A DNA stretch of 64,000 bases. Origin: Selaginella moellendorffii. Taxonomy: Eukaryota; Plantae; Lycopodiophyta. The notes below the pieces were generated by a model, which did not search any database, had not been told where the DNA came from, and worked only from the letters and a program-made list of their open reading frames with translations. Where the stretch lies: NCBI RefSeq assembly GCF_000143415.4, contig NW_003314275.1, forward strand, positions 372,001-436,000, read 5' to 3'. The translations under genes and the position numbers were made by a program. Shown here one piece after another: positions 24,801 to 38,502 of this stretch. The stretch's first letter is position 1. The number at the start of each line of letters is the position of its first letter.

Positions 24801-27800
24801 GTCATTACTAGTTAACATAGTCAACCATAAGTTTTATAAGGAAATATCATGTCAGAAAAATGTTGTTCTTTGGTAAACTTGAAATTCATAAATTTAATTA
24901 TCAATGGTTCAAAGACATTTCTATTTTTTGAATCTATTTATAGAGAAAACTTCTAATTTCTAATATAATAAAATACTTATTGAGTAGTTTCTAGAATTAG
25001 AATCCGAGTGTGTGGATCTCATCACTTCCACGACCAATTCCTCGCAGGCGATCGATGCCCATTCCCAGAAAGTTCATCGGAACCTAAAGAATTTTTTGGG
25101 TTTTTTTGGGCCCAATTAAAAATGGGAATATTGAAGTTCGCTTGAACTTCAAATTTTTATTATACACTTTGGCATTTTGACATTTCAACAATTAACCAAA
25201 AATATATAAATAACTCGAAACATTAATTCAATTATTCATTCTTTAGGGTTTTATATAGATGGGAAGCAAGAAAGATAAAAAACTTGTGAGCATTAATTTT
25301 GTTTCACTACCATAATCTTGATATTACACTTCTGGTCCTTATTATTTATTTGGGAATGTGGAGACCACTGTCATTATTGTTAAAAATGCTCATATTACTT
25401 CTGAAATAACAAGCTAAAGCAAGAGTAAAGAAGGAATAGATAGCAAATGGAAAGCACTAACAAATACACTTCATGAAGCTTTCCATGACTTTTGTAATCT
25501 AATAAAGAAAATAAGCTTTTTTTATATATCCTATTCCTTTTGATATATTGTATCTTTGCAAAGAGTATAAGTGTGTAGTATATATAATATAGAAGAATCA
25601 AAGAGTCAAAACCATATATATTTTTGAGATTGAAAGGTAATATTATAAAAGGCCTGTTTGCATACCTGCATACATTTGCCATTATTATATATGGCAAGCT
25701 ACCTATATAAAATAAAGTTACGTATTAATTATGTGCTAGTTTTTAACTTCTTGAACCTTATAGCCACTTGTCTCTAATAGTAAGTTGTAATTACCGAAAG
25801 TGACAATTAAGATTCAATATATTGCCATGTCATAATAAAACAACATTTGTCGCGAATGTGACTTCGGGTATCGAAAGTTAGTGCTTTCAAATATTCTTTC
25901 CTTACTGCCATGACAGCAGGAGGTCGGTATTGCTGGTTCCTTTTATCAGCCCCTTTTGTTCAAGTGTTAATTTATTAGGCTTAGCATCTGTATTTAGCCA
26001 AATGGACATAAAGTAGAAACTCCTATGTGTTTTTAGTTGAGCATACTTGGCCTAGCTCTTAATTCTCTTTTGCTTTGTCTTTGCACTGGCTTGACAAAAA
26101 CCCTTGCATATTAAGACTAGTCTCTCAATATTGCTGGATGATACATTACTGTGTTTGCTAAACACTCTCGCTATCATGCCCTTTGTGTTAATCTCATTTT
26201 GGTCCCAAATGCTATTTATAAAAAGTGTTTAAATTTGCTCATTTAGCATATGTACAGAATGTAAAGATTGTTCTGAACACAGTGGTGTTTGTCCTATGTC
26301 TAAATTCGTGATCTAGGGATATTCTATATTTAGTAAGTTTCAAGCTTGTCCCAAAGACTAACTCTTAATAGGGGCTGGGTAGTTTTTGAGCTGAGCTCAA
26401 GTCAATGAAAGTCAAAAAAAGTCAAAGGAAGTCAATATAACTAGCGAAAGTTTAATAGCACTACCTTAGTTCGTTTCGAACCAAGAATTTTTAACATAAA
26501 ATCTAGGTGTTTAAGGTATTCCATAAGGTCATGTAGATTATTGGTTCAACATGAACTAATCTTTTCGTCTACAAAGAAAGAAAATAATATATTGAACAAT
26601 ATAATTTATATTAAAATAAGAATATATTCAATCTTCTTTTGCTTATCCAGAAAAGTAAAAATGGGTATAGTGGAATGCTCCTTCACTATAGGCTCATGTT
26701 GTATGTAATGTTGTGCCATACATTCAGCATAAATAGGTAAGTGGAATTGACTTTGATCCATATGATCATCCATATCATCAAAATCAAGCGTGTGGATTGA
26801 AACACTGTGTGTGATAAGTGTAGACCTAATGACATAGGAATAAATATTATAGATTATTTCAAGCACTAACATCACCTGTTGCAAAATCTCCTAAGAATGT
26901 CCTCAAAGGCACCCTCCTTCTCAAGTGCAAAAACAGCTCAACCTGTCTCTTTTGTTGCCTGCACCATTGATCTAAATCCTACTATAGCATCAAGCACAAT
27001 CCCCTTTGGCAAATAGAATAACTCCAACAAGATCTGCATAGCCATGACCGAACGATGTCGATAACCAGGGAATGCTGGGTGAAGAACGTTTGAGTCATTC
27101 ACATTTGGGATGATATCTGTAGAGCTGTCATATCTTGGTAAAGCAAGAGCAGCACACTCATCAGCTCGTGTTGCATTACGCCGGTTCCCAATGTGGCATA
27201 GAGCATGGTAGTTCCAAGATTAAATCTGGAAAACAAAAATAGAATAGAGTTAATTTATAAATAAAGAAGTCACACACCTTTCACTTCTACCCACTAGTGC
27301 CTTTTGTGTCCACCACCATACTCAAAAGAAGGCAGCCAGATGACAAATCCATCATCATTGTTAGCCAAGTGTGCGAGAAGGCCTTCCCACATTAGAGAGC
27401 GCGGAAGGATCATGACAACCACACCCTCATATATCATGAAGCTGCTCGCAACCTTTAAGGCTTGGGAAATGTGTTAGGCTTGCAACACATCCCATGATGG
27501 AGTATCCCCCTGCGGTGGTGGCATCCCATCAGAAAGATCGAAAAAGATGAAATCGATCTTCCCATAAGGTGTGAGTTGACCCAGACCATGGATCCACCGA
27601 TCAAGCATGTAGAGCTCCCGACTAGTAGCATCTAAAAGCTGCGTGTAATCCGCAATGAGAACAACAACTTCCCCAACACTAACTGTTGGGGATAGAGGGC
27701 AAACCTAAAGATCAATTATTAGAACTAAAAGTTGGAGATAAAATTCATGCTTACTAACCTGTTTATGCATAGTTGCAGAGGAGAGCTCTTCTAGGTTGTT

Positions 27801-29251
27801 GTCTGTAGCCGTAGGGAGGGATGGGAAGAATGTCTTAGTTTGCCGAGAAGACTGATGGCTACTCTCTGCAACATCTATAAAAAAAAAGTGAAGTCAAGAA
27901 TGAATAAAAGAATGTTCCAAATCAAAGTCCTTACTCTCATGAAAGGCTTCATGATGGCCCCTTCGGGGGTTGCGAGGAGCAAGTACTGGAATCTCTTGTG
28001 CTGGAATTTTCTATACAGTTTCCTCTGGTTCAACGGTATTTGGATTTGGCATCTCCTGAATGGTTTCATGAGTGTGGACTCTTGGGTTTAGTTGTTGAAC
28101 TTCAACAACGTCATTATCATAGTTAGAAAGAGCCTCTGGAAAATAAGAATATAACTCAAGGTTAATATTTCCTAGCCAAGTGCTGAGTTTCAAGTGAACC
28201 TGGATGACATTCAAGGTAGAGATCTAGCTCGAAGCCTGATGTCGGCATCTGCTCCATGAGTTCAAGGTACCACGGGCATAGCTCCCTCTCATGTGTACAA
28301 GGATAGTAGAATTCTAGCTCATACATCCCAAGCTTCTTGCCTCTAGTCAGGAGCTTTTGCAAAACACCAATTGTGTATATCGGTGTGCCGGGGCAATATT
28401 CTAAATATCTACAAAGTAAAACAAAAATATAAATACCAATATATAAATGAGAATTGAGAAAATACCTATAAACCATGTGCCTCGCAAGAAATGGTTGTCT
28501 TGGTTGGTTCTTGAACTCAGCCGAACTCATCCCACCACGTGGAAGCCAACCATTCCCTAGCTTCGCAAGACAAGCATAAATATATTCTTTGAGAGTGATA
28601 TCTGTGCGAGTGCTGGAAAGAAACTTCTCATCCCAGACTTGTAGCATCTCCTCACCAGCAGCAATACTCTGAGAAATGTATGCCTTCTCCTTCATCACCT
28701 TCTCCATCCTTATCTTGCAGCATTTTTTGTTGTTTTGTAGCCAAGTGTTGAGAAGGTCCAAGCAGACGCTTTGTTTAGCAAAGGACATTTTACTCTTAAA
28801 GATGTTTCCAGTGCTTTACCAGTTCCTACACACACAAAGAGTTATGAAATGTTTCATAAATTTTAGAACTTATGAACGCGAGAGCAAATCTTCACAATGC
28901 TATCAAGCCATTCTTGCCCACGTCGTATGTTTGCAATCAAGAGCAACTTTTTCACCTTTGTTCTCTTCATATTCAAAATTCACTACTCAATCGCATGCCA
29001 CTCCATCTTCTTCTGCTGCTCGTCCCCTTGGGCATTTTTAAAGAATAACGCTCTTTCTCCTTTGATTATGGGCTGCAAGAAACATTATGTAAGTTGATAC
29101 ATACTTCAAAACTAATTTATCTTTGCCCAGACAACAACTAGAAAATCAAGTGGCAGCTGGTACCAAGTCTGCAATTCTTGGCCTTTCCTAGCTGCTAGCT
29201 TCACTCAAATTGCTTCAAATACCTCACGATTGTACAATGTTTGGACCTCCT

Positions 29252-29676
29252 TGAAAACTCCTGGAATCTCTAAACTGGGAGGAAAATGTCCACACGAGAT
29301 CTTCCTAGGAGTTTCAAATCTAATCTAGTCCCTAAATCTAAATCTACACTACGAGAAGAGTGCACTTACCTGCTTGTGCTAAGCCAAGTAGAGACTGTGA
29401 ACATGTGCTTGAAGGTGCTAGTCCCACGCCTTTGATCCCTTGAAGGCGGTGGGTAAGTGAAACATTGCCATTGCCATGAAAAGCCAAAGAGATAGGCAGA
29501 ATGACGATGTAATGCAATGTATTTTGTATTAGGGATAAGTCTAAAAACATTCTAAGTCCTACTTTTATAGTTGCTACTGCTCACGTCAAGGTTAGGAATA
29601 CAGTCCTAACCTTGAACCTCTCAAGTTTACTTTCCTAAGCTTGAATCCTCGAGCTTGTCTTTTTCTCCCTTTTCCA
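29252..29676 (-). repeat. 3' LTR of the Gypsy element
   Basis: Matches 38078-38502 except four C/T substitutions by my reading; a short purine tract (GTGGGAGAG on the - strand) lies adjacent. Confidence 0.95.
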
Positions 29677-29777
29677 CTCTCCCACGACTGCCTTGTGCTG
29701 CGTCCCGCAGTCACTGCTCCATCGCTGCATCGTGGGTAGCTGTTCCCTCATGCGGTTCCTCCTCCTCTTCCTCCTCG

Positions 29778-32700
29778 TCATAAGTCTGAGCTGCTTCCTT
29801 GAGTGCGCGAATTCTTTCGTTTGCTGCGAGCAGCTCCTTGTTGAGCCTTGCATTTTTCTGCTTGTACTGCTGCGCTTTCACCAAACCAAGAATCGCTACA
29901 GTCTTGATCACTGTTTGCCCCTAGTGGGCTCCCTTTTTCCTGATCCCGGAACTCTTTTCTTCTCACAGCCGCCAAGATTAGGGTTAGGTCCCATTCTTGT
30001 TGAGGCAAATTTTCTCTAAGTGTTTGCATGCATTCGAATGTGTTTTCGTTGATTTCTCTGAACGTTTTCTCTTGAAATTTCTGGCTTTCCACCATAGTGT
30101 GAAGCACTTGTGGTTGCTTGTAAATCTTCAATTTGTTCAAGTTAACTACTTGCAATTTTTCATCATCTAAAGTTGCAAGTTTTGCTGTTCTTGGGATTTG
30201 CATACTCGTAATCTTGAATGGTCCTTCCCATTGATGAACGAGTTTTCCTCCAAGTTTATCCACATTGCCACGATACCATAATACAAGATCTCCTATTTTG
30301 TAATGCGCTTTGTTTTTCTTGACTTGTTTGCAATCGTGATAAGCTTTTCTTCTAGCTTGTATCGTTTCGATTGTCCATATTGCACTTAGTCTTTCTTCAT
30401 CAAGTTTCTCAAGCATCGCTAGTCTTTTCTTGATCGATTCTTCTTGATTAATTTTAAGTTCAATGGCCATTCTCAAGGATGGTACTGTGTACTCTAGTGG
30501 TGTTAACGCTTCAAGGCCATAAGCAAGCTTGAAAGGTGTAGAATTTGTTGAAACTTTGTAGGCTGTTTTGTAAGCCCAAAGAGCATCTTAAATCCTTTCA
30601 TCCCAATCCTTAAGGTTTGTCTTGACGATTTTCTTGAGTATGTTTTTAAGCGTTTTGTTTGTTGATTCTGCTTGTCCATTACCCTGGGGGTAATATGGTG
30701 TTGACTTCTTATGGTTGATGATAAATTCTTTAACGAGTATGTCGATGGTCTCATTCAGAAAATGTGTTCCTCGATCTGTAACAATTTCTCGCGGTAATTC
30801 ATATCGTGTTATAATTGTTTCATAGAGAAACTTGGCTGTATTTTTCGCTGTGGCTTTCTTTAGTGGGAGAGCTTCTGCCCATTTTGTCATATAGTCGGTA
30901 GCGACCAAAATGTATTGATTTCCTTTGATACTTTTTGCTATAGGTCCAACAAAATCAAGTCCCCAACGCTGGAAGGGTTCCAATGCTATTGTCGGATTGA
31001 GTTCTTGAGTTTGTTTCCTCGGTGGAAACTTCGTTCTTTGACATATGTCACATTCTTGACAATGCTGAGTGGCATCTTTCTAGAGTGTCGGCCACCATAA
31101 TCCAGCTTGTAACACTTTCCTGGCCGTAATTTCTTCGGCGAAATGACCTCCCGATCGTCCTGCATGAGTTTCATCGAGTAGATCCTTAATCTCTTCTTGT
31201 GATTCTATTCATCTTCTCAAGATGTTGTCATTTCCAAGCTTATATAGTTTGCTTCCCACGACTGAATAGCCTCGTGTCCTCAAGACGAATTGTTTTCTTT
31301 GATCGTTTGTGAAGTAGTGATTTGGAATCTTGGTTGTCGTCAAGAATTTGTAAGTATCCTGGAGCATGCCTTGAGTTGTGACCTTAAAAAGGTGTAAATC
31401 AGGTAAGTCATCGTTAGTTTTCGTGACTTGTTCCCCTATGGTAAGTCGACTAAGATGATCAGCCTGTGTATGTTGTTTGCCTGGCTTGTGAATAATCTCA
31501 AAGTTGAATTCTTGAAGTAGAAGAAACCATCTCGCGATTCTTCCAGTGAGTATTGTCTTGTTGAGTAAGTGTAAGAGCGTTTGGTGATCAACCATGATCT
31601 TGACTTTGTTTGAAAGGAGGTAATGTCGAAATTTGGTGAGTGCATAGACCATTTCTAATGCCTCTTTTTCCGTGGTTGTATAGTTCATCTCTGGTGGGGA
31701 AAGTCTGCGGCTTGCGTAGTATATGGGATGGTCTCTATTATCAGTTTTTCTTTGGCAAAGTATAGCTCCAAGTGCATAATCAGATGCATCTACTTGTACA
31801 ATGAATTTCTATGTCCAGTCTGGTTGAACCAGTATGGGGGCTTTTGTAAGCTTATCCTTAAGTGTGTCAAAGGCCAGTTGGCAATCTTGTGTCCATGCGT
31901 AAACTTGAGATTTCTTAAGTAGCTCAATGAGTGGTTTAGCAATTGTTGCATAGTCTTGAATAAAACGTCTATAGTAACCCATTTTTCCGAGAAATCTTCT
32001 CAAACTCATTAAATCCATGGGTGGAGTCATTTTGACGATGACCTCTATTTTTGCTTTGTCAATGAGAATTCCGTCTTTACAAACGACATGGCCAAGGAGT
32101 ATTCCTGATTTGACAAAGAAAATACACTTTTCTGGATTAAGTGCAACTCAGTTTTGTCGACATTTAATGAAACACTTTTCTAAGTGTTCAAGGTGTTTTT
32201 TTTTTGCTCCAAAAACGCTGAAGTCATCCATGAAGACGCGCATAAAATCAATCAAGTATTCCTGAAATGTGTCGGTAATTATCCTTTGAAAAGTAAATGG
32301 TGCATTCGTTAATCCGAATGGCATTCTGGAGTATGCATATGCGCCCCATGGACTGATGAAGGCAGTCTTGTATTGATCTTCTGGTGCGATGTGAACTTGA
32401 TTATATCCCGAAAATCCGTCGAGGAATGAGTACATCTCATGTCCTGCAACTGCGTCGAGTATCTCATCAGAGAATGGTATGGGAAATGAGTCTTTTTCCG
32501 TCACATCGTTCAACTTTTTGTAATTGACACAAATTCGCAATTTGCCGTTCTTTTTCGGGACGATAACCAATGGGGACAACCATTGTGCATTCTTGATGGG
32601 GTAAATGAATCCAGCATCTTGTAGTTTATTGAGTTCTGTTTTGACTTTATCAGCGAAGTTCGGGTTCATGCGATAAGCTATTTGCTTAATTGGTCGAGTT

Positions 32701-35700
32701 CCTAGTAGTAACTCTATGCGATGTGTACATAGTTCCGGGGGTATTCCCTTGAGATCTTTGTATGACCATGCGAAAACGTCCTTGTAGGTTATGAGTAATT
32801 GTTGAGCTTTGATCTTGAAGTTTTTGTCAAGATTTGCAGCAATGATTATGTTGTGTGGATCTTCTTGAAGTCCGAGATTGAGTTCTTCAGTTTCTTCATT
32901 GAGGTTAATTCGGGGTGTAAAGTCGTCATTTCCAGATTGTAGGGCTGGATTATCATCAATTTGAATGTTGTATTCTTTAGATTGTAATTGTTCAGGCTTG
33001 AGAGTTGGCTTCTCGTTTTGTTGTTTTATCTTTAATCTTTGTTGATTTTGAGCGTTTAGCTTTATAGAGTAGAGTGGTTGGTGCATTGAGTTTAAGTCGT
33101 GGTGCTGGTCTGGAGCCACTACTGGTAGTATATGATGTAAATTGATTTCTTGAAAAGCTCGTAGCTCTGGGTAAGCTTCAAGGAGTTTGGCTTCTTCAAG
33201 GTCGTCCAAGCCTTCTTGCCAATTGTATTCTTGGGCTTGAATTGGTTGAAATCTTTTCGGAATTTTCCTGGTTGTAGTTGTAGCTATTTTCGTTTGTCCT
33301 TTGTCTGATTGTATACAAATTTCATGGTCCATCCAATATTGAGCATAAACTGCTTTGTTTAGCCATGGTCTTCCAAGCAAGAGTTCGTAAGAGGATTCTT
33401 CAATTGGCATTTTTAATACCACAAAGTTGATCTTGAACTTGTGTCCTTTGATTCCAATGGTGATATCTCTTATTATGCCAGCTGGTCTTACAACATGTTG
33501 GTCTGCCATGCGGACATTGAAGGGAGCAGGTTGTATAGGTCCAAGTCCCATTGCTTTACATATACCATGCTTGATGATATTCACGCCCGAGCCTCCATCG
33601 AGTATTGCTCCATTGATTTGATTCTTGCCTATGTTGAGGTCAATACAAGGTACATTATCATCATAATCTCCAGGTTGGATTTTTACGTTATCCTCTTTCT
33701 CAGTTTTAGATGGAAATTGCTTTTCTTGAGTGCGAGCATCAGGAACATGTGGACAACAAATCTTAAGTATTTGGCTCTTAAGATATGGTGCTATTTGAAG
33801 TATTTGTTGTAAGGTTAATGTGATTCCATGTTGCAGTATTTGTTCTGCAAGTGAGGTGTGCTCTTCTTCAGAGAAACTTGTTGTTTGTTGATCGTTGGAT
33901 GGTTTGTCATGGTTTTCAAGGACTTGTGGTTCTTGTTCCTGCAATTCAGCCTGAATTGCTTGAAGTATTTTCTTGCTTTTCTTCCATTCAGTTTCTGGGA
34001 TAATTTCAATTTCATCATTGTAATCTTGTTCTTCCAGATTATCTGGTTGCTGAGACTTGTATTGTTGTCTCGTGATAGTTCGTATTGCTGATTCTTCAAA
34101 AGTTTGTGGTTCATCAATTTCCACCTCAACATTCCGTGCTGCTGGTGGTCTTGGCCTCGGAGCCTGATTGTTTACTCCTTGGTTATTTTCGCGATTTGCA
34201 TTTTGGTAAGGTTGTTGAGGACGATTATCTTGCTGCGGTGCAAGTTGCTGGTTGTAATTGTAACCTTGAGCCTGGGGTGGTCTTTGATTATAATTCCGAT
34301 ATGGTTCTTGATCATAATTGTAATTCCGTGGGGGAGGACGTTGATAATTGTCCTGTGGTCCATCACGTTGCTGATATGTATTGTAGTTTCTTCCATAATT
34401 TCCAGTATAGTTGTTTGGTCTTTGATCTTGAGGGGGTATTCTATTGTAGTTGCTATTGTCTCGCTGGTAATAGTTTTATCTTTGATTATACAAATTATCA
34501 TCATGTTGATAATAATTGTTATATCTTGGAGGTTGATTTCGTGGTGGTCGCGCGTTTTGATTCCAGTTTCCTTGATATTGAGGATTGGGCTCTTGTTGAG
34601 GAGCATTCTCGATTCTTGAAACTTCCATTGTATTCCTGTATCGGCATTTCTTGGCTGTATGGCCTTCTCTTTCACAAATTTGACACTTTGGAAGCTGTAA
34701 TTTGCATTCCAAATATATATGTCCCTCGTTTTTACACTTTGTACACCACACTCCTGCTTTGAGTTCGGTTTGTGAGATTTTCCTGATTATATCCTTTAAG
34801 TCTTGGTCTTTTGGTGTTTTCTTCTTTGTCTTAATACGTATTTCTTCCTCTTCTTCATCATCTGAACCGTCATCGGTTTGTAAAGGTATAGCTTTTGTGA
34901 ATTGCTTGAATCTCTTTTCCAATGTGAGGATTACTTTGGAGAGTGTATCAACACTTTCATCATCTGGATTCTCTGTTGCAGCAGCAATTGCTACCATGTT
35001 TCTATAGATTTCTTTTAGTCCTTGGATATAAGATAAGCTCTTTCCTTTATCTGTTATCAAATCCTTGCAATGCTTTGCATGAAACTTAAATCTTCGAGTG
35101 TAATCTTGAATTCCTTCACGTGATTTTTGCTTGAAGTTTTTGATGATCTCATAGTGTTCTTCTAGAGTTCCACCGGTCTGGAATTGCTCCTTGAATTATG
35201 TGACCTTTTCATCATGGGTCAAAGCATCATCGAGTGTATTATGCCAATCGAGTGCTTTTCCTTTAAGTGTGTATGGGAAAAGTATTTCCTGATGTATTTC
35301 TTGTTTGTTCATCTTTACAATTTGATCAAATTGTTTAAGATGCTGGTTTGCATCTTCGGTTTTTCCACCAGTAAAAATGGGATAGGAAATCATGTTCCCT
35401 ATGGCTGTCGCTGGATTGATGATTGCCATTTGAAGTTGTAGACTTTGTTGGTGAAATTGTTGTTCTGGTGAGTCTGGATTTGAGTAAAACTTTGGTGCTA
35501 TGTATTCTGCTTCTTCAAATGCTCAAACTCTGGGGCACCTTCAATATTTATGTCTTTGTTATCTTGGGTTGAGTTGCTCGACTCGGCAACTTGAATTTCT
35601 TTATCCTCCTTGTCGTATTTTTCTAATATCGTTTCTAAAATTTGTTGCTGTTGTTCTAATTTCTCTTTTTCTATCCCTTCCTTTTTCACTTCTCGATTCT

Positions 35701-35755
35701 TTTGTCGAAGATCTCTTTCCCGGATCTTGATTGGGTCTGGTTTGTGTTTGTACAT
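29778..35755 (-). pseudogene. Gypsy gag-pol with premature stops and frameshifts
   Basis: Two CCHC knuckles (CTKCKNEGHIYLEC, CQICEREGHTAKKC); protease AILDGGSGVNI; RT FLDGFSGYNQV and VFMDDFSV; RNase H NYTTTEKEAL; integrase WGLDFVGP, IVTDRGTHF, GQAESTNK. Confidence 0.93.
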
Positions 35756-35856
35756 TCAGTTTGCTGAGTCTTCTCAACTTGAATGTTAAGGTAAGTTTCC
35801 TGAATTTATGTTTTGCCTAAGTGTCTTGAGTCAAATGTTGTTCTTCATAAATTGCA

Positions 35857-35998
35857 AAGTCAAGCTCTTATGTCTTGAGTCTTCTGCAAGTTTGGTTTTT
35901 GTAGTAGAAATGCGAAGTCAAGCTCTTGTGTCTTGAGTCTTCTGCAAGTTTAGTTTTGTTGTATAAATGTGAAGTCAAGCTCTTGTGTCTTGAGTCTT
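35857..35998. repeat. About 2.5 copies of a 57-58-bp tandem repeat upstream of gag
   Basis: AAGTCAAGCTCTTRTGTCTTGAGTCTTC at 35857, 35915 and 35972. Confidence 0.85.
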
Positions 35999-36058
35999 CA
36001 ATCGAGTTTTTCTTTCTCAATTCTTCCCGAGTTTCTTCTCGAGGTCACTTTCCTGAGT

Positions 36059-37950
36059 CTAGCTTAGGAAAGGTCTTGTATTTGAAAAATCTGGTGGTGT
36101 AAGTAAGTATGATTTTGTTTGTGGAAGGAGGTCGGTTGTGTCATAAATTGATCGATATAGCTGTTCGCTAGTAAATTTGGATACTGCTCGCCAACTTCGG
36201 GATCGAGCAGATATGCAAACGATTGCAATTCTTTCTAGTAGTCCAATCTTGAACAATTGTTTTAATCTCTTACAATGTGTAGGTTGTTTTGGAATGCGAG
36301 CTCTCACTATGAGCTCTTGTGTTTCCCAGTCGTTGGTAATATTTGAAAATGCTGAATACAGCAGTGGTTGTATTTTTAATGTCCTAATTCGCGTATGTTT
36401 CTAGTCTCTAATGACGTCCATACATCAAAGTATAGTTTCCAACAGATTCTTGTTGCTTTAAGCCTATGTGTGCGCGGATCTATCCAACGCGCTTTTCTCT
36501 ATGGTCAATTTCGTGATGGTGCATTTCCCTGATGCTGTTCTTGCTGGTGGTGTTCTACTTCTCTCTGTCGTAGAGCGCGTTCTCTTTCACGATCAGAGTC
36601 AATCACTTCACGAACCTCCCAAGGGATAGTCTCAATTAATACTCTTGCATTATAAGTTTGAATCCTTGACGTAGGATCTCCTAAAATACTCCTTAAAATG
36701 TTGAGACTGCTTGGACGCACTCTTCCTTGTTGGTTGCGAGTGTTATGTAGCTCTAGGCTGGGGTTTCGACGTTGGACCTCAGTGTCAAAGTTGAAGTTTG
36801 TTACTGTATTTAATCTTGGCCTATTGTGATCCTGTCTTAAATTTCTCCTCCTTCTACTTGTTATCCTCAAGTTTCCAAGTCGTTCCCTGAACTTGTCTCA
36901 AGTTCAGGGTCCCGTCGGTTTCTTAATCTCAAATTCCGAATTCGATTTTGTTGATGGCCTTGTCCTTGATTTCTTAATTCTCCAGCTATTCTCGTCCGTC
37001 CTAAACAGTGCCAATATGCTATATTATATAGTTTAATAAGAGTGCTTGTTGGTAGCGTTACACGGAGAGGACTTTGAAGAAGCCGATAAAGTAATTCCGC
37101 ATTCTCTTCGAAATCTCTAAATCTAAGAGTGTCCACAAACCAACGAACTTGTGGTTCAAAAGTTCCACACTCTGTTGCTGCTATGACTCTGGTCAAATCA
37201 GTGTTGAAAGCAAGCGTTAATGGTTGAAAAGTTTCATGTTTGTGTATGCCTAGGAATTCAACAATTGTTTGTTGAAAGAGGTGTCCGCGATACACCCAAG
37301 TCAGGGTTCTTCGAGTTGCAAAGAAATCGAAGTAAACATACTTTTCTTTCAACATTTCCTCATTTTTGCATCCTTCCTATTTGCTAGACAATTTGTAGAA
37401 GAGTCACAAAATCGTTTCTTGAAGTTTTTGTAAGCAACTAAAGCTTTGTTTCGCTACTTGTTCTAAACTATCGTCTCTCTTTTTGGTGTCGTTTTCTTGG
37501 GCTATTTCTTTTCGTTTCCTACTCTCCTCCGCTGTGGCATTTTCATCTGATTTGGAGTCTTGCTTTTGCTTGCTGCAAGTGTCGCATCGCCATTTTGGAT
37601 AGCATTGCTTGTACGGTTTTGCACAATTTCTGAAACCACACAAAAGGCAGTCCTCGTATCTTGTACAGCTTGTGTCACCAAATGGGCAGTCGTGTTTTTT
37701 CATTCTTCCTCCATCTCCAGCCGCTAGAATTTTCCCTTGGTCGTTTCCTTATCGCAGATTCTTGGAATATTCGCTTTCTTCAACCTCTCGCCAAAACAGT
37801 TACGTGTACGCTCCAAGTTTTCCACGACTTGGGTGGCTTCAATCTTCAAGTGTTCTTCATCTTTTGGTCTTACGCTCCATTTTTTTCTTCATGCCTTCAT
37901 GATCTTCCACCGTTTTTGTTTTACGGTCTTGTTTTTCTTGATTTTTGGGG
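36059..37950 (-). other. Additional sense ORFs of unknown function between the PBS and gag
   Basis: ORFs 37404-37703 (Cys-rich), 36867-37355, 36505-36870 and 36059-36307 are closely packed on the element's sense strand. Confidence 0.5.
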
Positions 37951-38059
37951 CTTTTTCTTCCTATGCCATTTTCTTATGCGTCTTTGGTCCGTTTTCCTTG
38001 AAGTTTTGGGGGAAATGAGCGTCTTGGTCTGCTCTATTCCATGAGCTCTTCACGTCGCC

Positions 38060-38076
38060 TCCCACCGTGGTCGCCA
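38060..38076 (-). promoter_or_regulatory. Primer-binding site complementary to the tRNA-Arg 3' end
   Basis: TGGCGACCACGGTGGGA begins 1 nt after the 5' LTR; it complements the ...TCCCACYGTGGTCG-CCA end of plant tRNA-Arg(UCG) as I recall it. Confidence 0.75.
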
Positions 38077-38077
38077 G

Positions 38078-38502
38078 TGAAAACTCCTGGAATCTCTAAA
38101 CTGGGAGGAAAACGTCCACACGAGATCTTCCTAGGAGTTTCAAATCTAATCTAGTCCCTAAATCTAAATCTACACTACGAGAAGAGTGCACTTACCTGCT
38201 TGTGCCAAGCCAAGTAGAGACTGTGAACATGTGCTTGAAGGTGCTAGTCCCACGCCTTTGATCCCTTGAAGGCGGTGGGTAAGTGAAACATTGCCATTGC
38301 CATGAAAAGCCAAAGAGATAGGCAGAATGACGATGTAATGCAATGTATTTTGTATTAGGGATAAGTCTAAAAACATTCTAAGTCCTACTTTTATAGTCGC
38401 TACTGCTCACGTCAAGGTTAGGAATACAGTCCTAACCTTGAACCTCTCAAGTTTACTTTCCTAAGCTTGAATCCTCGAGTTTGTCTTTTTCTCCCTTTTC
38501 CA
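38078..38502 (-). repeat. 5' LTR of the Gypsy element
   Basis: Direct repeat of 29252-29676, followed on the - strand by the PBS. Confidence 0.95.

Larger units (their letters stand above)
29252..38502 (-). mobile_element. Full-length non-chromoviral Ty3/Gypsy LTR retrotransposon; recent insertion
   Basis: Two 425-bp TG...CA LTRs; 5-bp TSD CTCCT (29247-29251 and 38503-38507); PBS; gag-PR-RT-RH-INT order. Confidence 0.96.

Noticed and set aside
29344-29550. Identical 68-aa ORFs at 29344 and 38170
   Set aside because: Both lie inside the LTRs; the identity reflects LTR duplication.
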